A DNA stretch of 64,000 nucleotides from an uncultured Candidatus Bathyarchaeia archaeon (GCA_964510635.1 CAZEBS010000004.1:1813-65812); one strand, 5' to 3'; numbered from the stretch's first letter, positions 1 through 9,783 are shown. Notes: generated from the sequence alone by a model not told the origin. Translations and numbers: made by a program.

Positions 1-333
1 TTTGCTAGCCCAGAAGAAATCAAGGTTCCGTTCACTCCTTATGTGCTGGCTTTGGGGGACGTGATTGGGGAGCTCAGACGCAGGTCCCTTGATTTGATCA
101 GGAGAGGAAACGTGGAAGCCGCCGAGAAGACTCTGGAAAGGATGGAGCAAATCTACTCTGAATTAACGGCATTGGATGACGCATACGTGATAGTTAATGG
201 TCTCCGAAGAAAAGGCGACATTGCTAGGCGTCTCATCGAAATCACCCGAGGCGACATCACCAGCGAAGTTCGAAGAAGCGCCTTGGAACGTTCCATCTCA
301 AAGCTGGAAAAGACAGTTGGGAAGGGAACCTGA
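1..333 (+). CDS. translin-family protein, C-terminal fragment (5' end lies left of the window)
   Basis: Frame 1 is open from base 1 (FASPEEIKVPFTPYVLALGDVIGELRRR...) to TGA at 331-333. The GDxIGELRR / GLRRKGDIAR / TRGD pattern is recalled from archaeal translin-like proteins. Confidence 0.5.
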   Translation, partial: FASPEEIKVPFTPYVLALGDVIGELRRRSLDLIRRGNVEAAEKTLERMEQIYSELTALDDAYVIVNGLRRKGDIARRLIEITRGDITSEVRRSALERSISKLEKTVGKGT

Positions 334-375
334 GAAAGCCTGAAACCGTATACCGTTTGAGGGTTAAAGTGGGAG

Positions 376-1047
376 TTGCCGAATAAGGTTAGTCCAAAGT
401 TTTCCGTAAAGAAAGCTCATGAATTGCAGTTGAGGCTGTCCAAGAGGCTCATCTTTGAGGATGCTTTGCCTGAGGCTGTTGAGTATGTTGCTGGAGTGGA
501 TGTTGCGTATCTGGAAGGGACATCTGTCTGTGCAGCTGTTGTTCTGGACTGTAACACTTTTTCTCAGGTTGAGGCGCAGGTAGCTGTAGTTAAAACCTGT
601 TTTCCGTATATACCAACTCTTTTGTCCTTCAGAGAAATTCCCCCAGCCGTTTCGGCAGTAAGAAAGCTACAAACAAAGCCAGACGTTTTGATGGTTGATG
701 GACAAGGCTTTGCCCATCCCTATGGTTTGGGGTTTGCTTCTCATCTGGGGCTGATTCTGGATAAGCCCACAATTGGGGTGGCGAAGAGTCTGCTGTGTGG
801 CAACGTGGAACAGGCAGGCGAGGACGGCTGGAAGCCCCTTAAGTATCAGGGAGAGGTCGTAGGCGCCGAGGTTGTTACAAAGCAGGGAACAAAGCCAGTT
901 TACGTCAGTGTCGGTCACAGGACATCATTGAAGAGGGCAGTTGAAATTGTGCTGGAATGCTTGGGAAAATATAGGTTGCCTGAACCGATTCGAAGAGCAC
1001 ATATGATGGCGAATGAAGAAAAAAGAAGACTTCAATCTATTTGCTGA
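376..1047 (+). CDS. nfi: endonuclease V
   Basis: 223-aa ORF with a TTG start. Carries GVDVAY, SFREIPP, VDGQGFAHPYGLGFASHLG and IGVAKS motifs characteristic of endonuclease V. Confidence 0.9.
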   Translation: MPNKVSPKFSVKKAHELQLRLSKRLIFEDALPEAVEYVAGVDVAYLEGTSVCAAVVLDCNTFSQVEAQVAVVKTCFPYIPTLLSFREIPPAVSAVRKLQTKPDVLMVDGQGFAHPYGLGFASHLGLILDKPTIGVAKSLLCGNVEQAGEDGWKPLKYQGEVVGAEVVTKQGTKPVYVSVGHRTSLKRAVEIVLECLGKYRLPEPIRRAHMMANEEKRRLQSIC

Positions 1048-1181
1048 TGCCACGCAAGTTGAGGTTGTTTTGTTTGAAAATTTGGTTGAAGCTGTAGGTT
1101 TTTGGTAAGTACATGGAATGTTGAGCGTGGATTCATAAATCATTAATTAACGAAAGTTCCCCCTTTTTTCTGTTCCGACAG

Positions 1182-1913
1182 GTGTTATCTTTGACTACGA
1201 TTCCAGGAATTCCCGAAAATATAGCTCAGCGAAAGGTTATTGTCTACAAGTCTAGAGTAGACCCTGCTACGTTAAAGCAGAAAGCAGAAGAAATGAAGAA
1301 TGAACTGTTCATTAGACGATTCTCGAAGCCTAAACTCGAGGACATTCACGTGGTTTCGGTTGACAAACATTATGAACCCTATGTTCTTGTTGACGCAAAG
1401 TACCGAATTGAATACTTCACAAAGAAAACTTTCACCTTCGAGGTTACCGAGAAAGCAAAAGTGGTTAAGATTCTCGGGGAAACCTTCAAACCAAAAAGGG
1501 TACCTATTCCTGACACTGACCCTGAACAGTTCCGTAAAGTAATCAATCTTGAAGGTCAAGAATGGTCCTTCTACGAAGACAAAGCATACTTCATCCTTAA
1601 CAAGAGTGGAAACGAAATCTTACCTGACGAGGTTCCCATTGCTCCTTCGGAAGACAATCCCAGAAAAATCTTGAAGGAGTTTGCAAAGAATGCTGAAAAA
1701 GTGAAGATTTCTAATCGTGAGGTGCTGGCGATGGCTAAATCCAAGATCATCCAAAGACCCTCGGACGTGGACGAAGTTGACAGGGAGATATTTCAGGTCA
1801 CAGAGTATGCCATAATCTATAATCCAATCTACAAAATCACCTTCAGAAACGAGAAGACTAAAGAGGAAAAAACCGTCAGCATAGACGGCGTCTCCGGTGA
1901 AATAATCAGGTAA
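1182..1913 (+). CDS. hypothetical protein (K/E-rich, no recognised domain)
   Basis: 243-aa ORF preceded by a T-rich stretch. The antisense ORFs inside it are shorter and low-complexity. No family recognised. Confidence 0.5.
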   Translation: MLSLTTIPGIPENIAQRKVIVYKSRVDPATLKQKAEEMKNELFIRRFSKPKLEDIHVVSVDKHYEPYVLVDAKYRIEYFTKKTFTFEVTEKAKVVKILGETFKPKRVPIPDTDPEQFRKVINLEGQEWSFYEDKAYFILNKSGNEILPDEVPIAPSEDNPRKILKEFAKNAEKVKISNREVLAMAKSKIIQRPSDVDEVDREIFQVTEYAIIYNPIYKITFRNEKTKEEKTVSIDGVSGEIIR

Positions 1914-1950
1914 TCTGGCAGACATACAACATTTCCTTTTGCAGAGCAGT

Positions 1951-3231
1951 TCATTCATAGGCGAATAGCCACAGGTCTGCCACAACAAACACTTTGTCTT
2001 CTGCTGAGACTGGTGGAAAAGCATAATGTTCAAAAACATGTCTCAACCGTATGCTTCCATTGCCTGCGTCAAGACAGTACAAGTTATGGTTCTCAGTAAC
2101 GTAAAGTACGTTATCTAACATGGTCGCACCAACAAAATTCCAAGAAGTTTCGTTGGTAATTGGGTATGTCCATATTCTGTCGCCATCTGAAAGGTCTAAC
2201 GACAATATTGTTGCATTTGATGGTTGTGTTCCGTTGTAACTGACGATTACGCTCCAGAAAACTTCTTGATGCTGAGGGTCAGCTTGAACAGAGTATGCTT
2301 TCACATCTAGCACCGCTGTTTCTGTAGTGTTCTGGTCGTCAGCAGGTGTTTTCCAGTTCAAACTACCGTCTATAAAGTCTACTGCATACAAGTAGCCGTC
2401 TTCGGCTCCAAACATTACCATTCCATTTGATACTGTTGGCTGAAACATTCTAGCTCCTACATCAAAGCTCCAAGCTTCCTTTCCAGAAGATGCATCTACA
2501 CATAGAAGGATTTGTCCGTCTTCATGGTCCTCAAGTGGACTATAGTTCCAAAACAACACCTTGTCGTAGGCGGCAACTGGAGATTTGCTGTAGCTTCCTA
2601 GAACAGCCCACAAAGTACTCCCGTCGTTGAGGCTGACACGGGAACCATCCATGATATAGACGTAATCGCTTTCAGGCGCTGATGTGCTTGCGTTGACGGG
2701 CCTAGCGCCAAAATACGAAGAATAGTTCCATAACAGGTCTCCAGTATACGCATCATACACAGCAATGCCATTTTGTTCCGCAAACACTTTCCCGTCTGCA
2801 ACAAAGAATTCAGGAGCCCATTTATAGCCGTAACTGGTGCTTACTGGTGCCTGGTACGACAGCTCCACCTCGCCAGTATCCGTGTCCAATCGGTTCACCA
2901 CTGAGCCTCTGGTGCCAACATACAATTTGCCATCATAAAGTTCAAGGGGCAAACCATTATTCGAATAACCGCCTATGCTAGCGTTCCAAAGCGATTTCCC
3001 GCTCTCTGCATCAAAACAGTACACGTTAGCCCATGCATCAGAAGAAAAAACCTTCCCGTCAGCAACAGCAAAATCGGAGGCAAAACTTTCGATGTCAGTT
3101 TGCCACAAAATTCTTGGTGTTGACTCGGTTGAGTCGGTTAGATGCCCCCTCTCGTATAAAATTGACAACGAGGCTGAACCAACAATAAGAATCAACATCA
3201 CTGCAATAAACAATGAAGAACTTCGGTTCAA
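1951..3231 (-). CDS. membrane-anchored PQQ-like beta-propeller repeat protein
   Basis: N-terminal TM helix (LFIAVMLILIVGSASL). Repeated DGKV/DGKLY...G..LW blades (ADGKVFSSD, YDGKLYVGT, ADGKVFAEQ, GYLYAVD...GSLNW, LYCLDAGNG). Confidence 0.7.
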   Translation of the reverse strand: MNRSSSLFIAVMLILIVGSASLSILYERGHLTDSTESTPRILWQTDIESFASDFAVADGKVFSSDAWANVYCFDAESGKSLWNASIGGYSNNGLPLELYDGKLYVGTRGSVVNRLDTDTGEVELSYQAPVSTSYGYKWAPEFFVADGKVFAEQNGIAVYDAYTGDLLWNYSSYFGARPVNASTSAPESDYVYIMDGSRVSLNDGSTLWAVLGSYSKSPVAAYDKVLFWNYSPLEDHEDGQILLCVDASSGKEAWSFDVGARMFQPTVSNGMVMFGAEDGYLYAVDFIDGSLNWKTPADDQNTTETAVLDVKAYSVQADPQHQEVFWSVIVSYNGTQPSNATILSLDLSDGDRIWTYPITNETSWNFVGATMLDNVLYVTENHNLYCLDAGNGSIRLRHVFEHYAFPPVSAEDKVFVVADLWLFAYE

Positions 3232-3353
3232 CTTGCACCCCTACAACATCCAGAGTAACGTTGGCGCATTTAAACCCTCTTTTTACATGTTACATGTTAG
3301 ATGATGCATTTTAGCTTGGAAAAACTATTCACTTTATTCAGAATGAACATTGG

Positions 3354-4853
3354 TCATAATTTGAGCGTGGCGGCTAAAGTCTTCAGTTTGTCTCTGTTTG
3401 CCCAAAAAAGACTGAAAACAACAACTGTGAAGCCTAGCCACTGAATCCCCCAAGATACGGCAGCTACGCCGTTCAGGGCGACGTGCTCAAAGGCGTAACC
3501 CATTTCTCCTTCTACACTGAAGAGGACTCCAGTTTGGGTGACGTAGCCGTTCAAAACAAGAACATTCTGAATCATCGACACAACAATCAAAACCAATCCA
3601 ATGAGGGTTAAAAGAAATACCAGTTTGCGTCGTTTGTTCCCTACATTGGCTAGGTCCAGCGAGTAAAACTTGTTTAGCAGCGAAGCGGCAAGCAGACAGA
3701 ATAGAGGCAGAAACTGGTAATCATACTTGACGGGGTTGTTGTAGGCACATATCAGATTCCTCCCGAGCACCAAGTACATGTTCACACCTAGAATGGTGAC
3801 AACGGCAGCCAAACAAATCAGGTCAGACCCAAACACTTTGCCAAACTTTTTTGCGCGCAGAAAGGAGACCAGCAGAGACACGGCGCCTGAAGCCAAAAAG
3901 AACACGCCCACCGCGCCCAGAAGATATGAAAGAAGGAAAAAGGGCGAGGGCGGAGCGCCAGTAATTGGGAAGTTGAAGTCGTCATGGGTGAAGGCGGCAA
4001 AGAAGCCCCTATTCGTGATTAGTTCGTACCAGATGTAAGTGAAGATTAAGGCAGGCACAAAATATACTGCACCCATAAAAATGCGCCAGAGATTTCGTTG
4101 TCCAGCATAAAGGTAGTATATCGCAAGGGGAACCAGCATGAACACAGCAAATGCCTTAGTCAAGAAGGCAACACCAAAAAACACTCCAGACAACAAAATG
4201 AGCTTCGCCGAATTCCTTTTTGTTGCGTAAACACCCAACAACAAATAGAGCAAACTAAAGAAAAGGCACTGGGCATCAATGAGGAAACTTCTGGAGAGCA
4301 CAATATGCCAAGGAGTAACGGCGAAGATGGCTGCCGCAAGCAAACCTGTCCGCTTGTCATAGAGGGCTCTGCCGATTTCGTAAAGGAGGACTATGCATCC
4401 GGCACCAAACAGTGTTGGTACGACTATAGCCATAGCATAGGATGAACCGAGGACTCTGAGAAACAGGGCTCCTGTGTAGAAGCCGAGCGGCGGTTGGTTG
4501 ATGTAGTGACCAAACTCGTGGTAAGGCAGCCCCCACTCGTTAACTCCCAAAGCGGCAGCGTACTCCAACTCTGAATCGTAGTTGGTGAATTCTCCTGTGG
4601 CAACCGACAGAAAAATGAAACCAAGTAGAATCCCGAGCAAAGGCAAATTGCTTTTTAGAACAGTTTTCAAGTGTGCCCGATTCGGTTCACCTGAAAATTG
4701 TGCAGCATTCACAGCGGTTACTACTCCCTGACAGATTGACTGATTGTTAACTAGAGAACGGAAGAATACAGAAATAAAACTTTGTTTAGCCAAGAAGACA
4801 AAAAAAGAAAAAGAAGGATTTTTCATGATGCTTTCGCTATTTTCTTCTCGCAT
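3354..4853 (-). CDS. ArnT/PMT-type (GT-C fold, GT39/83-like) glycosyltransferase, polytopic membrane protein
   Basis: 499-aa ORF with about 12 hydrophobic segments. Has YINQPPLGFY and FAVTPWHIVLSRSFLIDA loops typical of dolichyl/undecaprenyl-phosphate-sugar transferases. An alternative ATG at 4826 (MKNPSF) would remove the 17-nt overlap with the upstream gene. Confidence 0.7.
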   Translation of the reverse strand: MREENSESIMKNPSFSFFVFLAKQSFISVFFRSLVNNQSICQGVVTAVNAAQFSGEPNRAHLKTVLKSNLPLLGILLGFIFLSVATGEFTNYDSELEYAAALGVNEWGLPYHEFGHYINQPPLGFYTGALFLRVLGSSYAMAIVVPTLFGAGCIVLLYEIGRALYDKRTGLLAAAIFAVTPWHIVLSRSFLIDAQCLFFSLLYLLLGVYATKRNSAKLILLSGVFFGVAFLTKAFAVFMLVPLAIYYLYAGQRNLWRIFMGAVYFVPALIFTYIWYELITNRGFFAAFTHDDFNFPITGAPPSPFFLLSYLLGAVGVFFLASGAVSLLVSFLRAKKFGKVFGSDLICLAAVVTILGVNMYLVLGRNLICAYNNPVKYDYQFLPLFCLLAASLLNKFYSLDLANVGNKRRKLVFLLTLIGLVLIVVSMIQNVLVLNGYVTQTGVLFSVEGEMGYAFEHVALNGVAAVSWGIQWLGFTVVVFSLFWANRDKLKTLAATLKL

Positions 4854-5616
4854 GCCAAATTACTTTCATGTTCTGAACTTCACTTTTGGATCGTCTGTAA
4901 TTTTCGGTTCCTTTGAATTCTGCATATATCTGAAGTTTGTTGTCCCAAAAGTCCTTTTGTTTAGCAACCCAGTCAATAGCGAAGGCCCCATCGTTATTTG
5001 TTGCTCCAGAAACTAAGAAATCGTCCCTCAGGAATGAACGGTCTTTTTCCATGATAACAATTTCAGCACAGCCCACGCCCTCAACTGTATCATGTACGGT
5101 TAAGTTTCCTCTGAAAGTTAATGTTGTATCAGATTCCACTGAAGCAGGCAATCGATCCAATAACAGGACAGTATCATTAACGCCAGCAGCTGGTTCCTTA
5201 CAAACTTCTTCAACAACTTCAGTTTCCTCTTCCTCAGCAACCTGGGTAACAGTTAAATCCTCGATTTCTGCATCACAACTCCTCTGAACAGCTTCAATTC
5301 CATTCAAAGCTCCATCTTTACTTTCGTATCCCTCACTTGCAGCAATAATTTCCCCATTGGCAGCCTTAAGATTGAACCTAAATTCAGAAGCAACATCAGT
5401 AAAAAGCTCATATTTTGGATTAGTCAATTTCTCCGTTTCTTTTGTCAGGTCTTCAACATGGGAACGACAGTTCTTCTGAACCGATTTGACGCCATTCATA
5501 CAACCAGCTTTGCTCTCATAAGCTTCACTTACTGCCACTATTTTGTTGTTTGCTGCTCGGAGCCGGAACCGAAATTTTCCTGCCATGTCCTTATAGATTT
5601 GATATTTTGCTTTCAA
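4837..5616 (-). CDS. tandem YegP/DUF1508 domains fused to an acidic linker and a C-terminal beta-sandwich-like domain
   Basis: Two internal repeats: KFRFRLRAANNKIVAVSEAYESKAGCMNGVKSVQ and EFRFNLKAANGEIIAASEGYESKDGALNGIEAVQ. These are followed by an EEEETEVVEE linker and about 110 aa more. Confidence 0.7.
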   Translation of the reverse strand: MKAKYQIYKDMAGKFRFRLRAANNKIVAVSEAYESKAGCMNGVKSVQKNCRSHVEDLTKETEKLTNPKYELFTDVASEFRFNLKAANGEIIAASEGYESKDGALNGIEAVQRSCDAEIEDLTVTQVAEEEETEVVEEVCKEPAAGVNDTVLLLDRLPASVESDTTLTFRGNLTVHDTVEGVGCAEIVIMEKDRSFLRDDFLVSGATNNDGAFAIDWVAKQKDFWDNKLQIYAEFKGTENYRRSKSEVQNMKVIWHARRK

Positions 5617-5725
5617 AATAATACCCCCAGATATCTTATACTAATATGTCCGAGATAAAATTTTTCAGGAAAAACATAATAATGGCAAGTTGGGGCCGTA
5701 ACGAATCCAAAAGAGGGAGAAACCA

Positions 5726-6670
5726 ATGAAGAAAACTGTTGCCTTGACCTTCTGTATGCTTCTTCTGGTCACATTAGTTTTTTCTATTCTTATTCTGTCC
5801 CTAGATGACGAGGCGGGTTATCAAGGAGGGCAAAATGGGGAGTCTGCCTTCATAATTTGGGGCACTCTGGACTACGCTAATGAAACGTTCATGGGCGGAG
5901 AACCTGAACTTAACGCATCCAGAGATGTCTGCGAAGCAATCTACAACACAGTCTTTGACTCTCAACAGTTTGGTTACTGCAAAAACTTTCGGGGAAACGA
6001 CACGCAGCCAGATCAGGTTTATGGTAACGTCAGTTATTGTGAAGAAAACTACGATTTTACGGCAGTTTTTTACAAGGGACACAGCATAGGCGGCTACTGT
6101 GACGTAGAGGGCTGCGAGTTTGGGGAACATTGGACCCTTTATGCTGCCGAAGGCTACGAAAACGAGTACATCATGGACTATCTGATACATGACAGGATGA
6201 GCTCTGGGACCCACGATTTTGTGTTCCTTTGGACCTGTGGCTACGGAGCAGAAGACCTGAAGGGAGACATAGATGAGAACGGTCACAGCGTTGGTATGCT
6301 GGCATCCTGGATGGATACCACAGACTTAGAGGCTGACGGCTACACATCCCCTGACGGCAGCAACCACTGCTTCATAGGCTTTGACATTTACTCGATTTTT
6401 TTCATCAACAAAACAGGCTATGGCAGCTTCGATTACGGCGATTTCGCGTCCCATTTCTTCCAGTATGCATTGATTGATGGCTGGACAATAAACGACGCTC
6501 TTGATGCAGCCGCAGAAGAGACCCATTGGCAATCATCTTTCGGAGACTGCCAACTTTACACAGGCTACCTCATGCTTGACCCCTATAATCCAGGTCAGAC
6601 TGTGACGTGTTACATGCGTGTGTGGGGCGACGGAAATCTCAAACTGGGAGGAGATGGAGCGAGCAGATGA
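5726..6670 (+). CDS. exported Cys-rich protein, putative clan-CD (caspase/gingipain-fold) peptidase-like
   Basis: GAGGGAG lies upstream of the ATG. N-terminal signal/TM (LTFCMLLLVTLVFSILIL). AVFYKGHS (His119) and FVFLWTCGYG (Cys171) resemble a His...Cys dyad after hydrophobic strands. The CDS call is solid; the family call is inference. Confidence 0.55.
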   Translation: MKKTVALTFCMLLLVTLVFSILILSLDDEAGYQGGQNGESAFIIWGTLDYANETFMGGEPELNASRDVCEAIYNTVFDSQQFGYCKNFRGNDTQPDQVYGNVSYCEENYDFTAVFYKGHSIGGYCDVEGCEFGEHWTLYAAEGYENEYIMDYLIHDRMSSGTHDFVFLWTCGYGAEDLKGDIDENGHSVGMLASWMDTTDLEADGYTSPDGSNHCFIGFDIYSIFFINKTGYGSFDYGDFASHFFQYALIDGWTINDALDAAAEETHWQSSFGDCQLYTGYLMLDPYNPGQTVTCYMRVWGDGNLKLGGDGASR

Positions 6671-7317
6671 ATCTGTGGACAAAAAAATTGTGTTTGCCAC
6701 TGATTCTTGTTGTTGTTTTGGCTGTTCTGTTTGCTTACTTGTCAACCTTGTACTCGACAGAAAGCTCTGAAGCAGATGAAGTGATGCTCTTTTTGGAAGA
6801 TGTTATCCGCATAGACTTGACAAAATATGATGTGACCCTGTTGGGAACTTCGGTGACTTACCCTAATTGGCTGGATGGTCTATCGCAGGTAGCTGGAAAA
6901 ATCAGTCTCGAGTCCGAAACGAGTAAGCTGGATGTGCTCTTCAAATTCAGGAATGGCACGTTGTCTTGGTGCCTTGTTCGGACCGTTGAAGGAACGCCAC
7001 ACTATCTCGATGTACAATCTGGGAACATTCGTGATTTAGCATCTGATTTTCTTGAAAGATATCAGGCTTACTGTGGGGATTCTGAGTTAGAAGCGATGAG
7101 GAACATGATAGACATTGTGGATGTTTCGAAGAACTCTACAAAAACTGTGGGTAACCTGAAGCTTACGGTATCAATCACCTCGTTTTCGTCCTATTTCGAT
7201 TGGAGGTACACCTATGATGATACAGACCTTGGGGGAGTTGATGTGAGTTTCCGTAACGGGCACTTCTACGCCTTCGGCGACCACAGGCTGTACTATCCAA
7301 TAGCTATTACGCGGTGA
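6667..7317 (+). CDS. membrane-anchored hypothetical protein, translationally coupled to the preceding gene
   Basis: ATG at 6667 overlaps the TGA of the upstream gene (ATGA). MNLWTKKLCLPLILVVVLAVLFAYL is a signal anchor. The track start at 6607 would add 20 non-hydrophobic residues. Confidence 0.6.
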   Translation: MNLWTKKLCLPLILVVVLAVLFAYLSTLYSTESSEADEVMLFLEDVIRIDLTKYDVTLLGTSVTYPNWLDGLSQVAGKISLESETSKLDVLFKFRNGTLSWCLVRTVEGTPHYLDVQSGNIRDLASDFLERYQAYCGDSELEAMRNMIDIVDVSKNSTKTVGNLKLTVSITSFSSYFDWRYTYDDTDLGGVDVSFRNGHFYAFGDHRLYYPIAITR

Positions 7318-7398
7318 AGGAGAACGAAAAAAAGTGACAGCCTATCACGTATTTATTTTCGGATAACGCCATAGAAAACTGAAGTTACGTGATGTAAG

Positions 7399-8256
7399 GT
7401 GGCTGGAAAATACAAGGCTGCTGCGATTGAATGCCATTATTGGAAGCCGGGAGACGATTACATCCAAGACATAATCGAATCCATAAGACACATAGTAGCC
7501 GACGGAGACGTCGTAACAGTCTCTGAAAAAGCAGTCTCCACAGCCCTCGGCAACCTAATCGATGAAAAAACCGTCAAACCAAGCAGTCTTGCACGGTTCA
7601 TAGCTAAATACTGGATGCCCCTTGCATGGCCCTACATTCTGGGACCAATATGTCACCTGAGACAGAAAACCATAGACTATCTACGCTCATACCCAGCTGA
7701 GGAAGGGAGCCGCCACAAACAGTTAGCCCTAGAACAGGGCGGTTTTTTGCAAGCCCTCATGCATGGGTCAGAGGCTGGTATCGACGGAAGCAACATTGCC
7801 TTCTTCTACGTGAGCCTTCCCTTAGAAAATGCCCAAGAAATTGCCCAGAAACTGAGGGAACAAATCAGAGCCAAGCTAGGAAAGAGCGTGTCCGTTGTTG
7901 TTGTGGACACAGACAAAACCTACTCGCTGAAAGGATTCCATTTCACTCCCCGCCCAAAACCAATAAAGGGAATACATTCCCGCGGAGGCTTCCTAGCATA
8001 TGTCGTGGGCAGGTCACTTAAACTGAAGAAGCGAGCTACTCCCTTGGCGGTTGCTGGACTTCAGATAACTACCGAGGAAGCCATTGAGCTGGCTAAAATA
8101 GCTAACCGAACCAGGGGAAGCGGTGCAGGTCGAACCGTTTGGGATATGGCAAAAACTTTCGACGTTACTTTGACGGACGTGACATGGAAGATGCTTGACA
8201 GTGTAAAGCACCGTCCCATAGTAATTATAAGACCCAAAACGCAAATGAGACAGTAA
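7399..8256 (+). CDS. CofE-like (F420-0:gamma-glutamyl ligase family) protein
   Basis: DGDVVTVSEKAVSTALG and GSEAGIDGSN resemble the CofE (GD..vvs.K.vs.aeG / aGiD.SN) pattern. The assignment is tentative. Confidence 0.5.
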   Translation: MAGKYKAAAIECHYWKPGDDYIQDIIESIRHIVADGDVVTVSEKAVSTALGNLIDEKTVKPSSLARFIAKYWMPLAWPYILGPICHLRQKTIDYLRSYPAEEGSRHKQLALEQGGFLQALMHGSEAGIDGSNIAFFYVSLPLENAQEIAQKLREQIRAKLGKSVSVVVVDTDKTYSLKGFHFTPRPKPIKGIHSRGGFLAYVVGRSLKLKKRATPLAVAGLQITTEEAIELAKIANRTRGSGAGRTVWDMAKTFDVTLTDVTWKMLDSVKHRPIVIIRPKTQMRQ

Positions 8257-8289
8257 CATGGAGTTATCCTGTTCAGGAGAAGAAAAAAG

Positions 8290-9783
8290 ATGGACGCGAC
8301 CGTAGAACAGATGAATACATTCTTTGAACCGAAAGCAGTTGCGGTGATAGGTGCCTCCCGCAGAACCATGAAAGCAGGGCACGTTATCTTCAAAAACTTC
8401 GTCATCAACCAACGAAGAAACCTCTTCAAAGCAAAACTGTACCCCGTCAACCCCAACGAAAAAACCATCCAAGGCCTCCCATGTTACCCCTCAATACTGG
8501 ACATAAAAGATGAAGTAGATTTGGTCGTTATAGTTGTTCCAGCCAAAATCGTTCCAACAGTCATGAAAGAAGCCGCAGAAAAAGGAGTGAAAGCGGCAGT
8601 AATCATCACCTCAGGCTTCAGCGAAGTAGGAAACCACGAATTAGAAAAAGAAGTAACCGAAATCGCCAAAAAGGCTGGAATCCGTGTTCTCGGTCCAAAC
8701 TGCCTAGGCGTCTTCGACTCCAAAACTGGCGTGGACATGCTGTTTCTTCCAGAAACAAAGACCCTAACCACAGGAGACGAAGTGGTTGCCACACCCCGCC
8801 CACGGGCAGGTCCCATAGCAATCGTCACCCAGAGCGGTGCCTTCGGCGCTGCCGCCCTAGATTATCTGACAGGAAAACAGATGGGTGTAAGCAAGTTTGT
8901 AAGCTTTGGAAACAAGGCAGACGTCACCGCTTCTGAGATGCTTAATTTCCTGTTGCATGATCCCTTGACTCAGGTTATTCTATTCTACTCGGAAAGCATA
9001 GACAATGGGAGAGAATTCATGGAAGTTGCACGGAAAGTTACCTGCAAGAAGCCAATTGTTGCTTTGAAGGTGGGGCGGTCCGAGGCGGGAGCCCGTGCAG
9101 CCGCATCCCACACTGGCTCCATTGCGGGTTCTGACGAAATTTACTCCAGTGCCTTCAAGCAGGTTGGTGTTTTAAGGGCAAACGACCTTGAAGAATTCTT
9201 TGACATGGGTAAAGCTTTGTCTTTTCAGCCTCCAGTGTCCGGAAACAACATTGCGATAATCACTGACGCGGGTGGACCTGGAATCATGGCTGTTGACGAG
9301 TGCGTGAAACAAGGACTAAATGTGAAAAAGTTTTCTGACTCCACTATTGCCAAGTATGAAGCTCTTAAGAAGGAAGGAAAAATTCCCCGTTTTGCAACTA
9401 ACTACAATCCTGTTGACTTAACGGGTTCTGTGACATCCGAAATGTTTGAGGAAGGTATACGGATTCTTTTCGAAGACCCAGAAATAGACGGCATCATCGT
9501 TTTGGGTTTGCATCATCTTCCAGCCCTTCAAGAGGATTTCGTTGACCGCGTGGCAGAGCTGAGAAAAAAATACAACAAGTCAGTTGTTGCCTGCGATGTG
9601 GGCGAAACAGAAATGGCTCTGCACATCCGCTCAAGATTTGATAAACTAGGAATCCCTGCATACTTTTCACCTGAAGATGCAGCTCGTGGCATGGCATCCC
9701 TAGTAAAGTATGGAACGTATTTGAAGAAGTGCAGAAAGTTTGATCAATACGTGAAGTCCTTCATGGAACGAAAGAATGCTTGA
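8290..9783 (+). CDS. ADP-forming acyl-CoA synthetase, alpha (CoA-binding/succinyl-CoA-ligase-like) subunit
   Basis: FFEPKAVAVIGASRR, YPVNP, ITSGFSEVG, LGPNCLGV, IVTQSGAFG, VSFGNKAD and AASHTGSIAGS (phospho-His loop) match ACD alpha subunits. No beta (ATP-grasp) gene is adjacent. Confidence 0.85.
   Translation: MDATVEQMNTFFEPKAVAVIGASRRTMKAGHVIFKNFVINQRRNLFKAKLYPVNPNEKTIQGLPCYPSILDIKDEVDLVVIVVPAKIVPTVMKEAAEKGVKAAVIITSGFSEVGNHELEKEVTEIAKKAGIRVLGPNCLGVFDSKTGVDMLFLPETKTLTTGDEVVATPRPRAGPIAIVTQSGAFGAAALDYLTGKQMGVSKFVSFGNKADVTASEMLNFLLHDPLTQVILFYSESIDNGREFMEVARKVTCKKPIVALKVGRSEAGARAAASHTGSIAGSDEIYSSAFKQVGVLRANDLEEFFDMGKALSFQPPVSGNNIAIITDAGGPGIMAVDECVKQGLNVKKFSDSTIAKYEALKKEGKIPRFATNYNPVDLTGSVTSEMFEEGIRILFEDPEIDGIIVLGLHHLPALQEDFVDRVAELRKKYNKSVVACDVGETEMALHIRSRFDKLGIPAYFSPEDAARGMASLVKYGTYLKKCRKFDQYVKSFMERKNA

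Noticed and set aside
8014-8472. Overlapping minus-strand ORFs (152 and 135 aa) across the CofE-like/ACD junction
   Set aside because: They are antisense to two supported plus-strand genes, have no motifs, and span an intergenic gap.
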